Assembly (NCBI GenBank): GCA_016204275.1
Contig: JACQKZ010000014.1
Location: forward strand, 1-52,493
Length of the DNA stretch: 52,493 bases
Reading direction: 5' to 3'
Origin: Nanobdellati archaeon
GTDB taxonomy: Archaea; Nanobdellota; Nanobdellia; UBA10117
Position numbers and translations under genes: made by a program. Shown here piece by piece: positions 27,335 to 37,693 of the stretch (positions are counted from its first letter, which is position 1; each line of letters opens with the position of its first letter). A model generated the notes under the pieces. It was not told the DNA's origin. It did no database searches and saw nothing but the letters and a program-made list of their open reading frames with translations.

Positions 27335-29968
27335 ATGGCCACATCCAAAAAGGCGTTTACATTTAGAGTGCTTGCCATTGGCATTGTCACAATTGTCGCA
27401 ATTATTATAATTCTGCTAGCAACCTCACAGCAGGTTGGGGGTGCAACCTCCCCGCTTGGCAGGCTTGGCGCGTCTGTGAAGGAAGCGATTCCATTCATAC
27501 CCGGCGTAGGTGATTTAATTCCGAAGCCCTGCTACAGCAATACCGCAGTTACTTTGTCCGCTGGCGATAATTTCAAAAGGTGCCTGTGGTCGCCGCCAGA
27601 AAGATATGGAAGCGCAGGTGGAATAGATAATACAATATCCGGCGTTTACTCTTGCCCGGCGGGCCAGGTAGTAGATTTTGTGGATTTTACGCCAAACCTT
27701 GCGCCAACAGACTTGTTTAAAATTTACTCCGGCACAGCATCAGATGACAGCATTAAACAGGGTGCGGAGTCGTTGTATGTTCAGTTTGCAAAAGAGGACA
27801 CCATAAGTTTGTATTCAATAAGCACACAGTCAATAAAATTTGCAGTTAAAACTGGCCAGCCGCAGGTGCGCGAGTTTAAACAGTATGCTGGTGCGGTTGT
27901 CAAAAATATTTACTGCAGTGAGCGGCTTGCGCCAGACTTGGAGCCAAGGGTATTTGAGTTTACAAAATTCGGAAAACAATTTTTTGGAGTAGCACCGATT
28001 TTATTTGAGAACGATGAGCTTACGGTTACGCATGGCTGGAGAAATAATATATGGCAGACAGAAGACCAAGCATGCCTTGATGGCCAGCTGATAGAAAGAA
28101 CCACAATCAAAGATCCAATTGGCCAGGTTATGGCTAGTGGTACGTTAATGGGTAGTAGTACGTGTACGAGGCAGGCACAACTTCTTGCCTTTAGAAATCC
28201 CGGAACTGGCAAGTATGTTTTGGAGTCTGTCGTAGACCCAAATAACCTGCTATCAGAAAGTAATGAAGGCAACAACAAGCGCACAGCTACATATACAGTT
28301 ATTCAGTCTGGTGGTTCGTTAGCTTGGGGTTACCGCTGCACTAAATCAAGTGATTGCGCTGCGACATCGTATTGTGAGTGGAGCAAAAGCCATTTCAGAG
28401 ATGAAGGAAAAGGTGAGTGCTTTGAAAGAATTGCGAGATACAACAATTGTGGCGATGAGATGGAATATAAATTGGATAACTCGTGTCTCGGAGATAGTCA
28501 CTGTTATACTAATATTATTATTCCACTGGCAACATGCGCGCCAAATTTGGAAACAGGCATAGACCTGAGTCCGGGTATTGCCGCCAGTTCTACGCAAATC
28601 ACTGATACAGGTTCAACTGGTACTATAACTTGGGGCGTTTCAAACGATGGTGGGGTAGCTGCGGCAGCACAGTCTGACGCTGAGTTGTGGTTGGACGGCG
28701 TTAGGGTAGATACATTTAAGACAGCGGCACCATTTGCACCAAGATCCTATCAAGAAAAAGGCACAGTTAACTTTAAAGATAAATACAAAGCAGTTGTAAA
28801 AGTAGATATTAATAATGCAGTTCAGGAAGTAGTAGAAGAAAATAATATTTTGACTTTGTGTTTGGTGGTTTACCCAATAACATATTACGAAGATGTAGAT
28901 GGTGATGGTTATGGAGATGCTTCACAGTCGCTTACAGATTGTGTGCCAAAGCCAGCAGGTTATGTAGATAATAGTGATGATTGTAATGATCGTGATGACT
29001 ACGTACATCCCGGCGCGCAGGAAATATGTGTAGATGGCATTGACAGCAACTGTAACGGCTTTGGCGATGAGAGTTACATCGCGACTCCGGGCGCTTGCAT
29101 ACCGAGATGCACTGGAACGCCAAGCGCGAAGTGCAGTGATTTTAGGGATATTACTTCCTGCATAGCTAAGAAGTGTGATTGGGATAATCTATTTAACTTT
29201 TGCAAAGGCAGTATGCCGCAGTGCGAGGATAAAAGTACAAAAACAACATGCCAAGATATTGGCTGTCAATGGCAAGACTACTGCGTAGACTCCGATGGCG
29301 ATGGCTATGGCAGGCAAGGCACAGTATTATCTGCGTGCACATATACAGATAAGGCAGATTGTGATGATAGTTATAATAAAGTATACCCTGGCTATCCTGA
29401 AATGTGCGATGGAAAGGACAACGATTGCAACGGCGTAGTCGATGATGGACTGTCCTTCTTTGGCAATGATCTTTATGACATTGGGCCAGACCGTCAATAT
29501 CCGACCGCAGATGATGTTTATTACAGAGACCTGGCTGGCACTCGAAACATGCAAGGTGTTTGCAACGTACCAGGTTATGACGCTTATGTTACCTGCAAAA
29601 ATAATTTGTGGCAGTGGGATTATGCAAAAACTGCAGCACAGGTTGGCTGGGTGTATGAAACACAGCAGGGAAACACAAACCTTGCTTACTGTAACACAGG
29701 CGATAGTGATTGTGATGGTTTGTTGGACTGCGGAAGTTATGATTGCACATCAAAAACATGGGCAGCCGGCTCTGGAGAACATAATAATGGAGTCTGTGGT
29801 CAGTATTGCACTAATTGGGCAAATGATTATTGTAACGCAATAGGCGGTGGGCAGGGTGGTGGGGGAGGTGGAGGAGGCACTGGTTGCATACAACAATGTG
29901 TGACTAATTCAGATTGTGCGGGTTGCAGCCCTAGTTCTACTTGTCAGGGCAATGGGTATTGCAGTTAA
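27335..29968 (+). CDS. large pilin-like adhesin (CARDB + DxDGDGYG metal-binding repeats, Cys-rich)
   Basis: SKKA/F signal + hydrophobic helix; VDPNNLLSESNEGNN and VDINNAVQE CARDB motifs; two DxDGDGYG...DC-x-D...PG-x-x-E-x-C repeats. Confidence 0.8.
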   Translation: MATSKKAFTFRVLAIGIVTIVAIIIILLATSQQVGGATSPLGRLGASVKEAIPFIPGVGDLIPKPCYSNTAVTLSAGDNFKRCLWSPPERYGSAGGIDNTISGVYSCPAGQVVDFVDFTPNLAPTDLFKIYSGTASDDSIKQGAESLYVQFAKEDTISLYSISTQSIKFAVKTGQPQVREFKQYAGAVVKNIYCSERLAPDLEPRVFEFTKFGKQFFGVAPILFENDELTVTHGWRNNIWQTEDQACLDGQLIERTTIKDPIGQVMASGTLMGSSTCTRQAQLLAFRNPGTGKYVLESVVDPNNLLSESNEGNNKRTATYTVIQSGGSLAWGYRCTKSSDCAATSYCEWSKSHFRDEGKGECFERIARYNNCGDEMEYKLDNSCLGDSHCYTNIIIPLATCAPNLETGIDLSPGIAASSTQITDTGSTGTITWGVSNDGGVAAAAQSDAELWLDGVRVDTFKTAAPFAPRSYQEKGTVNFKDKYKAVVKVDINNAVQEVVEENNILTLCLVVYPITYYEDVDGDGYGDASQSLTDCVPKPAGYVDNSDDCNDRDDYVHPGAQEICVDGIDSNCNGFGDESYIATPGACIPRCTGTPSAKCSDFRDITSCIAKKCDWDNLFNFCKGSMPQCEDKSTKTTCQDIGCQWQDYCVDSDGDGYGRQGTVLSACTYTDKADCDDSYNKVYPGYPEMCDGKDNDCNGVVDDGLSFFGNDLYDIGPDRQYPTADDVYYRDLAGTRNMQGVCNVPGYDAYVTCKNNLWQWDYAKTAAQVGWVYETQQGNTNLAYCNTGDSDCDGLLDCGSYDCTSKTWAAGSGEHNNGVCGQYCTNWANDYCNAIGGGQGGGGGGGGTGCIQQCVTNSDCAGCSPSSTCQGNGYCS

Positions 29969-29972
29969 CAAA

Positions 29973-30638
29973 ATGAAAATAAAATTCAAAAAAGCAGATG
30001 GGGGTTTTGCCTTTGGCACAATGGCAAAGGCAATATTATTTTTAGTAGTAGTAATCGCCATAGTTATGGCAATAGCCGCGCATGCCAAGGGCAGTGCCTC
30101 GCCGGCTGGCAAGCTGTTGAGTGGAGCTGGACAGGCGGCAGAAGGCATACCTGGCGTAAAAGAACTTAAAAAAAGCATATCCGGCTCGTGTTATCCTGAT
30201 GATGCAAAATTTTATACTTATGGGGTGTATTTTTCAGACACAACGCAGCATATAAGCCGCGGCGATAATTTCGCGGACTGCATGTTTTCGCCGCCGAGCC
30301 CCAGTTACGGAAGCGCAAGTTATGAACAAACATACTACATTTCGCAAAAGTTTGAGTGCCCAACAGGCACAATCGTAACAGATGTAAATTACAATCCATA
30401 TTTTGCTGATGATTCTGATACATTCAAAGTATTTTCTTCCAGCGATTTAACAATAAATGAAAACGGCGTTACAATAAGATCACAAATAACACCAGACAGA
30501 AATAGTCTCAGCGTAAATCTGCCGTCTAAAAGCTTAAATACAAATGCAGTCCATTTTAAGTTTGGTGTTGAGCATAAGGCCGCGCACAGCTTTAACGAGC
30601 ATAAGGGAGTAGTTGTGACCGGTATATCGTGTGCATAA
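29973..30638 (+). CDS. minor pilin-like protein
   Basis: KKADGG/F signal; domain homologous to the N-terminal region of 27335-29968. Confidence 0.75.
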   Translation: MKIKFKKADGGFAFGTMAKAILFLVVVIAIVMAIAAHAKGSASPAGKLLSGAGQAAEGIPGVKELKKSISGSCYPDDAKFYTYGVYFSDTTQHISRGDNFADCMFSPPSPSYGSASYEQTYYISQKFECPTGTIVTDVNYNPYFADDSDTFKVFSSSDLTINENGVTIRSQITPDRNSLSVNLPSKSLNTNAVHFKFGVEHKAAHSFNEHKGVVVTGISCA

Positions 30639-30639
30639 A

Positions 30640-30801
30640 ATGAAAATAAAAATGAAATCCAAAAAGGCGATTGAGTGGTATTACATTGCGCTCTTGATAA
30701 TACTCATACTTGGCGTTATACTTGTTCTGCTCTGGCAGGCCGGCGCCTTCAGGCAGCTTGGTGCTACAGCGGATCAGGCGTTATTCGCGCCGATTAAATA
30801 A
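30640..30801 (+). CDS. micro-pilin (53 aa)
   Basis: MKIKMKSKKA/IEWYYIALLIILILGVILVLLWQAG...; absent from the ORF track, read by hand. Confidence 0.7.
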   Translation: MKIKMKSKKAIEWYYIALLIILILGVILVLLWQAGAFRQLGATADQALFAPIK

Positions 30802-30802
30802 A

Positions 30803-30967
30803 ATGGAACAAAAAAAAGCAGTTGCATACTTTCCCGAGTGGCTGTTCTACATGATATTATTTGTCGCCGCGATAATTATTATTTTGCTTTTGTACGCCGC
30901 CTGGGCAGGAAAATTAGGGCCGCACTTCGCGTACCTTGGCAAGCAGGCAGGCACAAGCATAATCTAG
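30803..30967 (+). CDS. micro-pilin (54 aa)
   Basis: MEQKKA/VAYFPEWLFYMILFVAAIIIILLLY. Confidence 0.7.
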   Translation: MEQKKAVAYFPEWLFYMILFVAAIIIILLLYAAWAGKLGPHFAYLGKQAGTSII

Positions 30968-31008
30968 GCAGAGATAAAGCTTTAATACTAAAAAGTTTTA
31001 GCAAGCGC

Positions 31009-31653
31009 ATGGCCGTTGGCAAAAAGGCAGATATTAAGTTCATAGCTTTTCTAATATTAGCGATAGTCGGCGGCGTGATATTTGTTGTGTTTGTGGTATT
31101 GCCCACAACAACAGGCATCAGCTCTGACGCGGGCGATAGTTTTTGCCATCTTAACGCTGCGTTAAAAAGTGCTATGTTTACGGGCGGCCATTGGGTAATA
31201 CCACTGCTCTCATGCCACGAACGCACCACTAAAGTAGATGCGAATAATTGGGATGAATGTGATGCCGATGGAAAACGCGGGTGGAAGTCAGCAAACAACA
31301 GAGTGTCCTGCGCAGCCTACCAGCTCGCAATACTAGGCAAGCGCTGTTTTGAAATGTATGGTGAGGATACATATAAGTTTAGCGCGTCAGAAACAGGCAC
31401 ATATCCATGTTTTAAGGCGAAGGTTGTTGATTTTACTCCTTCCGGAACAGTGATTGACGAAAGCAAATTTACTGAAGGTATGCGCACAAACGGCTACTGC
31501 ACAAATGCTGGTAGGTTTAATAACGATAATTTTGCCTGTGGTAATTCAGAAAATGTGGCTGGCTGGAGAGACATAAAGTCAGGCGAGAACAAAATTTGTT
31601 TTGATGAATTTGGCGGCAGTGACGATGGAATAAGAGTAAATGACGGTTGTTAA
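31009..31653 (+). CDS. minor pilin-like protein, Cys-rich
   Basis: MAVGKKA/DIKFIAFLILAIVGG. Confidence 0.75.
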   Translation: MAVGKKADIKFIAFLILAIVGGVIFVVFVVLPTTTGISSDAGDSFCHLNAALKSAMFTGGHWVIPLLSCHERTTKVDANNWDECDADGKRGWKSANNRVSCAAYQLAILGKRCFEMYGEDTYKFSASETGTYPCFKAKVVDFTPSGTVIDESKFTEGMRTNGYCTNAGRFNNDNFACGNSENVAGWRDIKSGENKICFDEFGGSDDGIRVNDGC

Positions 31654-31679
31654 TTATGTGCCAAGCGCAATTTCAAATC

Positions 31680-32876
31680 CTACTCGCCTGGCTGCCGTTT
31701 GCTGCTATCATACATTCTATTTGGAACAAATGAAAATGAAACGCTGCCAGATGATTGTGAACCAGTTTTATCAGTTATTAATATATCAGACTCAAATGTA
31801 TAAACGTTATTTCCGCCTCCGATTTCTGTTTTATCAATTAATAGATATATGCTAGATCTTCCGGCAGCGTCTATGCTGCGTGTTTGGAGTGTACTCTGCG
31901 CATTAGCTGTCTTAACTTCCATGCCCCCTTTTAGAATATGCGCACTCAACGATATGTTAAAATTTTGATCTGCATCTACACGAGTGTGGTTATTTATAAC
32001 ATCCGGAAGTCGAAAGTCTAAACCGACATATACTTTGCTTTTATCTTCTGGGTGATCTGGATGTGTCCCAGTTCCGTATATACTAATTTGCTCTATAAAC
32101 TTTGGCGAGGACAAAGACGTAATTACTTCTGTTGTACCGCCCTTGCCATTTAAATTTATTTTTAGCTTACTTTCTTTGTTGTAGTAATTCCTTAAATCTG
32201 CACTATATACCTCATCTCCTATAAGAGTTACTATAAGCTGAGGTTCTGTAGTTAGTTGAAGTGCTACGTGGCCAGTCTTTTCACCAGGCGTGTATAAATC
32301 AGCAGTAACGCCAGAAACTTCAGAAAAATTTGCCGGCAGGAGTTCGATGTGAAGACTGTTCTTACCTTCTTTGCTCTCATAGGCAGAGCCATTGAATGCG
32401 TAATCATAGATAGAGCTATAATGTAAACGTAAATCTGCGATTTGTGGCCCGCCACCTTTTATATCTTCAGGCTTTTTCGCTGGCGCGCTTCCAAGGCAGC
32501 CGGCCAGCCCAACAGTAAACACAACCGCGCCAACAACAAGGAGCTTGCGCGCCAAGTCGTAGCCAACCGGATGTTTTTGTTTTAATCGTTCGAAAAATCC
32601 TGGCTTTTCTGGCCGGTCAAGAAATAAATTTGCTTCAAACTTGTTCCCATCGTGGTCTGAAAAAGCAACGTTTGGCTCGTACGCGCCGGCCAGCCCAAAC
32701 AATAATCTCGCATCATCTATGTTTCTTACTTTTTTGTGCGGATCAAACCCCAACTGTGCAACAATGCTTTTCAGTTTTGTTTCAAGGCCATCCTCTACGA
32801 TTTCAGCGGCAGCGCCGCCGGATTTTATCCAGGCAGTTTCATAAGTCAGGCCAATCAAATCATCTGGCGAAGTCAT
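31680..32876 (-). CDS. putative lipoprotein with N-terminal leader domain
   Basis: About 105-aa leader homologous to the 16001 gene, then hydrophobic helix + lipobox GLAG/C. Confidence 0.7.
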   Translation of the reverse strand: MTSPDDLIGLTYETAWIKSGGAAAEIVEDGLETKLKSIVAQLGFDPHKKVRNIDDARLLFGLAGAYEPNVAFSDHDGNKFEANLFLDRPEKPGFFERLKQKHPVGYDLARKLLVVGAVVFTVGLAGCLGSAPAKKPEDIKGGGPQIADLRLHYSSIYDYAFNGSAYESKEGKNSLHIELLPANFSEVSGVTADLYTPGEKTGHVALQLTTEPQLIVTLIGDEVYSADLRNYYNKESKLKINLNGKGGTTEVITSLSSPKFIEQISIYGTGTHPDHPEDKSKVYVGLDFRLPDVINNHTRVDADQNFNISLSAHILKGGMEVKTANAQSTLQTRSIDAAGRSSIYLLIDKTEIGGGNNVYTFESDILITDKTGSQSSGSVSFSFVPNRMYDSSKRQPGE

Positions 32877-32952
32877 GCAAGCACAAGCATAGCAAATTAT
32901 AAAAATGTTTCGGTTCAAAACGCTTAAATATCTATATATTACAGTTTAGCTA

Positions 32953-35613
32953 ATGGCCACATTACTGCGGAGCAAAAAAGCAGGCATAGTTGGAGTTATA
33001 ATAGACGTAGTAGTCGCGTCGATATTTATTTTAATGGCAGCGACTTTTATCTCAGATATTTTGGGCAGCTTCGTGAACTGTACCGGCCAGATTGAAGATG
33101 CGTCAAGGGTTGCCTGCCTTGGAAATGGGGATGGCAAGGTAGTCTGCGTGGACAAAGATAGTGGAACAGAAAAATTCTCTTGTGAGGCTGGCTCCAAGTG
33201 GCAGGTAAAGACAGCCGCCTCGCTGCCAAAGCTCGAATGGCTTGCGCCCGCGCAGGCAGGTAGTTTAGCAGCAAGCAATATTTTTTTCGGCTTGGGCGAT
33301 CACTTTTGCGCTTATGACTGGAAGGGCGAAAACCTGTGGGGATTCAACGGCTGCGCGGATTTGAGCGATGTTGCAATACCAACTGGCTCTGATGCAAATA
33401 GCGACACGGTTTGTTTCGGCAATGGCGGAAGCCATACATTTTATTGTTTGGATAAAAAGACAAGCGAGGTAAAGCTCAAGGTCCATTCAAATCCTGACTG
33501 GGGCAGTACTATAAACGCTATGTCGACGCCAGTATTAAGCAAAGAAGGAAACACAAATTATGCCTATTTTGGTTTGGGAAATCGCGTGTGCAAGTATGAC
33601 GTTGCAAAAGGCGATGTAAAAGATGCGCCGAATCAGGCGGCGTGGTGCTTTATAACAGATCATACAATACCTACTGTAGTAGTTCACGGGACTGACTTTG
33701 ATTGGTATTGTTTCGGCGGCGGGGCAGACCATACAGTTCATTGCCTTAGTTCATCAGGCCAATCTGTATTTTCGCTACATGGAAGCTGGAGCGATTGCCC
33801 AGATTTGTTAACATATCATACAAATGGTGAAGGCCTTGGCGATGACTCGCTGGATATAAATAGAGAATGCAGAGCAACAGCAACTCCGCTGCTTAAAGGC
33901 AATTATATTTATGCAGCCGTTGGAAATAGGCTTTGTAAATATGACATAACTAACAGCGGATCAACACATGAAAACGGCGACCGCGCAATTTGGTGTTACA
34001 CTTATGAGACACAGCAATATACATTAGGCATCGCTGCATCTGCAGTAGGTGGTACAATTTATAAAAATGGCGTTGGAGTTGCCAGCGGTTCAGGCAGGTC
34101 AAATACGCAATTTGCAGTAGGCGAAATTAAAGGCGTATATTCCTTCGGAAACTATGTTTGTGCAGAAACTGATGCTATGGTAGGATGTTTTGACGACGCA
34201 GGCAATTTTGTTTTTTCTGCAAAAATTTTGAATTCTAGATATGATGCGGATAACACAAACAAATGGTTACAAAAAGCTTTTGGTGGCGGTTCTAAATCTG
34301 GCACGTCAGGCGATGTTGATGTTAAATTTAGCTGTGCCCGCGAATCCTGCAAGTCAATGGGCCAGCCAGTCCTTTCTGGCGGCAATCTTTACTTTGCATT
34401 GGGTGATTTGCTCTGCAGCTACCCAACCAGTGTATTTGCTGCTGGCAAGCAAGTCGAGATAAGCAATGAGGACGACAAGTCAGACGGCAGGAACTGGTGC
34501 GTTGATGTCAGCGACAAGCAGATTCAGACAGGGGTAGCAGCCCTGCCGGAATTAGAAATTATTGAAAAAGGGCCAGCCTACGCGCTTGCTGGCGCAAATG
34601 GAAAAGCAGATCTGTTTATTTATGCAACCACGAACATGCCGGCAAGCTGTAGATATGATGACGCGGCATTTACATATGATAATATGCCAGATACAACAAC
34701 AAAGGCAGCAAATGCAGTTCACACTTGGGAACTGCCGAATACTGCTATCGGGGAATATTTATACAATGTTGCCTGCAAATCTGGCAAAATACCTGGCGAG
34801 GCAGACGATAGTATAAACGTTTCAGTCCAACAGCAGGACTTGTCAATAAAAAGCTTTACGATTGCGCCGGCCAGCGGCTTTAAGGGTGGCCCTGCTCCAA
34901 CAATAACCACAGTAATAAGTTTCAATGGGCCAAACGCAGTCGGGCCGTATGATATCAGATTAACATATAGATCGCCAAGCGGTACTACGGGAACGGTTGG
35001 CACAGCAACAGTCAGTTCACAAAGCCCTGGCCAGGATGCAACAAAAAGTTTTGTATTCATATCACCGACAGAAACAGGCAGTTACTCTTTCACAATCGCC
35101 ATAGATACAACTGATGTCGTAAAGAACGAGGCAAGCGAGGCAAATAATCAGCAAACGATTAACTGGCAGGTAAACCCGCTGCTATGTGCTGATGGCGAAA
35201 CAGACCTGTCGCTAAGCAATCCGATGGTTGAGTATAAAGACGGAAGTCCCATGAATCTTGGTAACTTTGACCCGAACAAGCGCTTCATGGCACACATTGA
35301 TTTGAAAACCACAAACCATAATTGCATTAACGATGCAAAGGTAAACCTATACGCCAAAGCCCCTTGGATGCCAGCTGAGATGAACTTGGGTGCACAGGGA
35401 GTTCAGTGGGACGGGGTAAGCCCAGACGCAACGCTGAATTACCCAAGCGATTTCGGCTTCGCACCACCAAATGATTGGGCAATATTCCCGAGAAACCCGA
35501 ACACTGGCCAGTATGACAAGGGCACATATACGCTTCGCTTTGCACTCACACCAATTGACGCTGCAGACCCGCCCGCAGGCAATAGCTATACAATAACATT
35601 TACAGTAGTATGA
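32953..35613 (+). CDS. large pilin-like adhesin (PQQ-like beta-propeller repeats + CARDB)
   Basis: SKKA/G signal; four (F/A)x(L/V)G(D/N)xxCxY(D/P) repeats; IDTTDVV...SEANNQ CARDB end. Confidence 0.78.
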   Translation: MATLLRSKKAGIVGVIIDVVVASIFILMAATFISDILGSFVNCTGQIEDASRVACLGNGDGKVVCVDKDSGTEKFSCEAGSKWQVKTAASLPKLEWLAPAQAGSLAASNIFFGLGDHFCAYDWKGENLWGFNGCADLSDVAIPTGSDANSDTVCFGNGGSHTFYCLDKKTSEVKLKVHSNPDWGSTINAMSTPVLSKEGNTNYAYFGLGNRVCKYDVAKGDVKDAPNQAAWCFITDHTIPTVVVHGTDFDWYCFGGGADHTVHCLSSSGQSVFSLHGSWSDCPDLLTYHTNGEGLGDDSLDINRECRATATPLLKGNYIYAAVGNRLCKYDITNSGSTHENGDRAIWCYTYETQQYTLGIAASAVGGTIYKNGVGVASGSGRSNTQFAVGEIKGVYSFGNYVCAETDAMVGCFDDAGNFVFSAKILNSRYDADNTNKWLQKAFGGGSKSGTSGDVDVKFSCARESCKSMGQPVLSGGNLYFALGDLLCSYPTSVFAAGKQVEISNEDDKSDGRNWCVDVSDKQIQTGVAALPELEIIEKGPAYALAGANGKADLFIYATTNMPASCRYDDAAFTYDNMPDTTTKAANAVHTWELPNTAIGEYLYNVACKSGKIPGEADDSINVSVQQQDLSIKSFTIAPASGFKGGPAPTITTVISFNGPNAVGPYDIRLTYRSPSGTTGTVGTATVSSQSPGQDATKSFVFISPTETGSYSFTIAIDTTDVVKNEASEANNQQTINWQVNPLLCADGETDLSLSNPMVEYKDGSPMNLGNFDPNKRFMAHIDLKTTNHNCINDAKVNLYAKAPWMPAEMNLGAQGVQWDGVSPDATLNYPSDFGFAPPNDWAIFPRNPNTGQYDKGTYTLRFALTPIDAADPPAGNSYTITFTVV

Positions 35614-35641
35614 TATTAATATAGAAGTAACTAAAAATAAA

Positions 35642-36118
35642 ATGACAAAGCGCGCACAAACAGATACAGTTTTGATATTGGGTTTAGTTGTATTTATCGC
35701 GATTATACTGCTTCTTGGCTGGACACGGATAGTTAGCCCGCTGCTCAAATACCACTACACAATTGAGGCTTACGAAGTCGCTTTGGGGCTGGACGCAGCA
35801 GCCGCGGCGCCGGAACGGCTGCAGTCCGCGTTTATTATCGCAAACAAGCTGGCCGCAGAAGGCTCTGCCGAACCATACAAAACAGACCGGCGCGTGGACT
35901 GCACAAACACGGAAGTTAAAATGCAATCAAAATCGCCAGCGTCAAATTGCCAAGGCAATGATAATGATGCTTGTTGGGTTGATGAAGAATCAACAAGCTA
36001 TGTCAATGACAAAAAACTAATCTACTCGTGCAAAAAGCCATTCGGCACATACTCGCTGGAAAAAACATGGGATTATGAAAGTCCAAATGCGCAAAATTTT
36101 TTGAGGGCGATTGATTAA
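35642..36118 (+). CDS. minor pilin-like protein
   Basis: MTKRA/QTDTVLILGLVVFIAII. Confidence 0.75.
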   Translation: MTKRAQTDTVLILGLVVFIAIILLLGWTRIVSPLLKYHYTIEAYEVALGLDAAAAAPERLQSAFIIANKLAAEGSAEPYKTDRRVDCTNTEVKMQSKSPASNCQGNDNDACWVDEESTSYVNDKKLIYSCKKPFGTYSLEKTWDYESPNAQNFLRAID

Positions 36119-36119
36119 T

Positions 36120-36653
36120 ATGAAAATCTGCGGAAAGAGGGGCGGAGGCTGGCTGTCGTTTTTCGTGAATCACATACTATCCATGCTGCTCATAATTTTA
36201 TCAATTTTATTTCTGGGCGTTCTTATGAAATCAGCGTTGCTTTCCAGCACACCAAACAGCGATGTTGACGATTTGCGCTACAATCTCCGTTCCGCAAGGC
36301 TGCTGAATTCTGCAGATTGTTTAGCATACGAACAACCATATCTTGATGCTAATAGCAATGTTATTAACAGAGTCCGCGCTGGGACTATCGATTTAGATAA
36401 ATTTAAAGATAGCAGAAAGTGGTCAAAATGTATTGGCGGCACGCATGCATGGCTTACACTAACTGATTCAACAAGCCCAAAATTTGGTTCTGATGATACT
36501 TCTGATTGGCGCTGGGACAGCGAAAACCTGCCAGTAAACTATAATTTTGATAAGTTAAATCACAGGGATTTTTATCTTGTAAAAATATACAGAAATGATT
36601 TGAGGGAGTTTCATGATGGCTATCTGGGAATTAAGTTTGAAATTGAAATCTAG
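36120..36653 (+). CDS. minor pilin-like protein
   Basis: GKRG/GG signal + hydrophobic helix; RLLNSADCLAY motif. Confidence 0.72.
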   Translation: MKICGKRGGGWLSFFVNHILSMLLIILSILFLGVLMKSALLSSTPNSDVDDLRYNLRSARLLNSADCLAYEQPYLDANSNVINRVRAGTIDLDKFKDSRKWSKCIGGTHAWLTLTDSTSPKFGSDDTSDWRWDSENLPVNYNFDKLNHRDFYLVKIYRNDLREFHDGYLGIKFEIEI

Positions 36654-37122
36654 GAAGGCAATCGTCTCAGAAATGGTAAGCTGGGCGCTGGCAGTCCTAA
36701 TCTTAACATTTGCATTTGTACTAATAATAATTGTTACAGTTTTTAATATAGTGCCAAATCCAAAAATAAATATCGAAGGCCTGAGCACAAGCTCTGTCTG
36801 TAACCACGACTTGCTGAACTTACTGCGCGCGAACCCGCCAGAAGACAGAAGCGTGACGTTTGCAGAGCTGGCAGGCATGTCGCAAACAGATAGCGCAATT
36901 CAAACTAAATTTAAAACTTATGTAGAAAATTATCTTGAAAAAAATTTATGGCGCGGCGATACTGGCAAGCGGGGCTGGAAGCTGCAGCTTCTTGACGAAG
37001 AATACGTACCACTGATGTCAACTGGCACATTACAGGATGCCGCAGTATCTAATAGCTGTTCGCAGACAATACCAAACTACGAAGGGGGCGTGCTGACCGC
37101 AAGATTCGGCTTGGCATATTAA
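36613..37122 (+). CDS. minor pilin-like protein
   Basis: SRKA/IVSEMVSWALAVLIL; true start may be TTG at 36637 or 36643. Confidence 0.72.
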   Translation: MMAIWELSLKLKSRKAIVSEMVSWALAVLILTFAFVLIIIVTVFNIVPNPKINIEGLSTSSVCNHDLLNLLRANPPEDRSVTFAELAGMSQTDSAIQTKFKTYVENYLEKNLWRGDTGKRGWKLQLLDEEYVPLMSTGTLQDAAVSNSCSQTIPNYEGGVLTARFGLAY

Positions 37123-37123
37123 A

Positions 37124-37693
37124 ATGTTCGGCAAAAAATCCTCTATGATGGACTTTGTAATAGTAATACTTTTTGTAATGGGCGCAATTGCAATACTTGG
37201 CCAGAAGGATACGCTAATCTATACCGTCGGCCCAAAAGAGGTTAAGATGCTGCACGCCTATTCAGAAGGGGAGGAATACCGCGAGTACTTGCAGCAGGCC
37301 GCGAAATTTTCCTTCCTGCGCGCGGCGGAGGCTGCGGGCGCCAAAACACAGAATGATTGCATAGTCCAGCTGAACTCACAGAGTTTTCAGGAGGATTTAG
37401 AAGCGAATTTCAAAGAATATGTAAATGCGTATCGGGCAGGAGAGGACTATCTCGGCTTTACGGCATATGTCGGCGGCGGCTTTCAAAAGCCAGTGTTAGG
37501 AGCATTAAATTATAGGATTTATATTATAATTTCCCCTGGCCAGCAATTCGCAGGCCTGATTAGCGTTCCTCTTACAGAACAGATAAATATGAGATACAGC
37601 ATAGACCCGATTGTAATAATTAAAGATTTAAACTGCGATAGTTACTCACAGTATGTTTTAACAGGGAACCAAGTACCAACGCGCGGCGGATAA
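37124..37693 (+). CDS. minor pilin-like protein
   Basis: MFGKKS/SMMDFVIVILFV. Confidence 0.7.
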   Translation: MFGKKSSMMDFVIVILFVMGAIAILGQKDTLIYTVGPKEVKMLHAYSEGEEYREYLQQAAKFSFLRAAEAAGAKTQNDCIVQLNSQSFQEDLEANFKEYVNAYRAGEDYLGFTAYVGGGFQKPVLGALNYRIYIIISPGQQFAGLISVPLTEQINMRYSIDPIVIIKDLNCDSYSQYVLTGNQVPTRGG

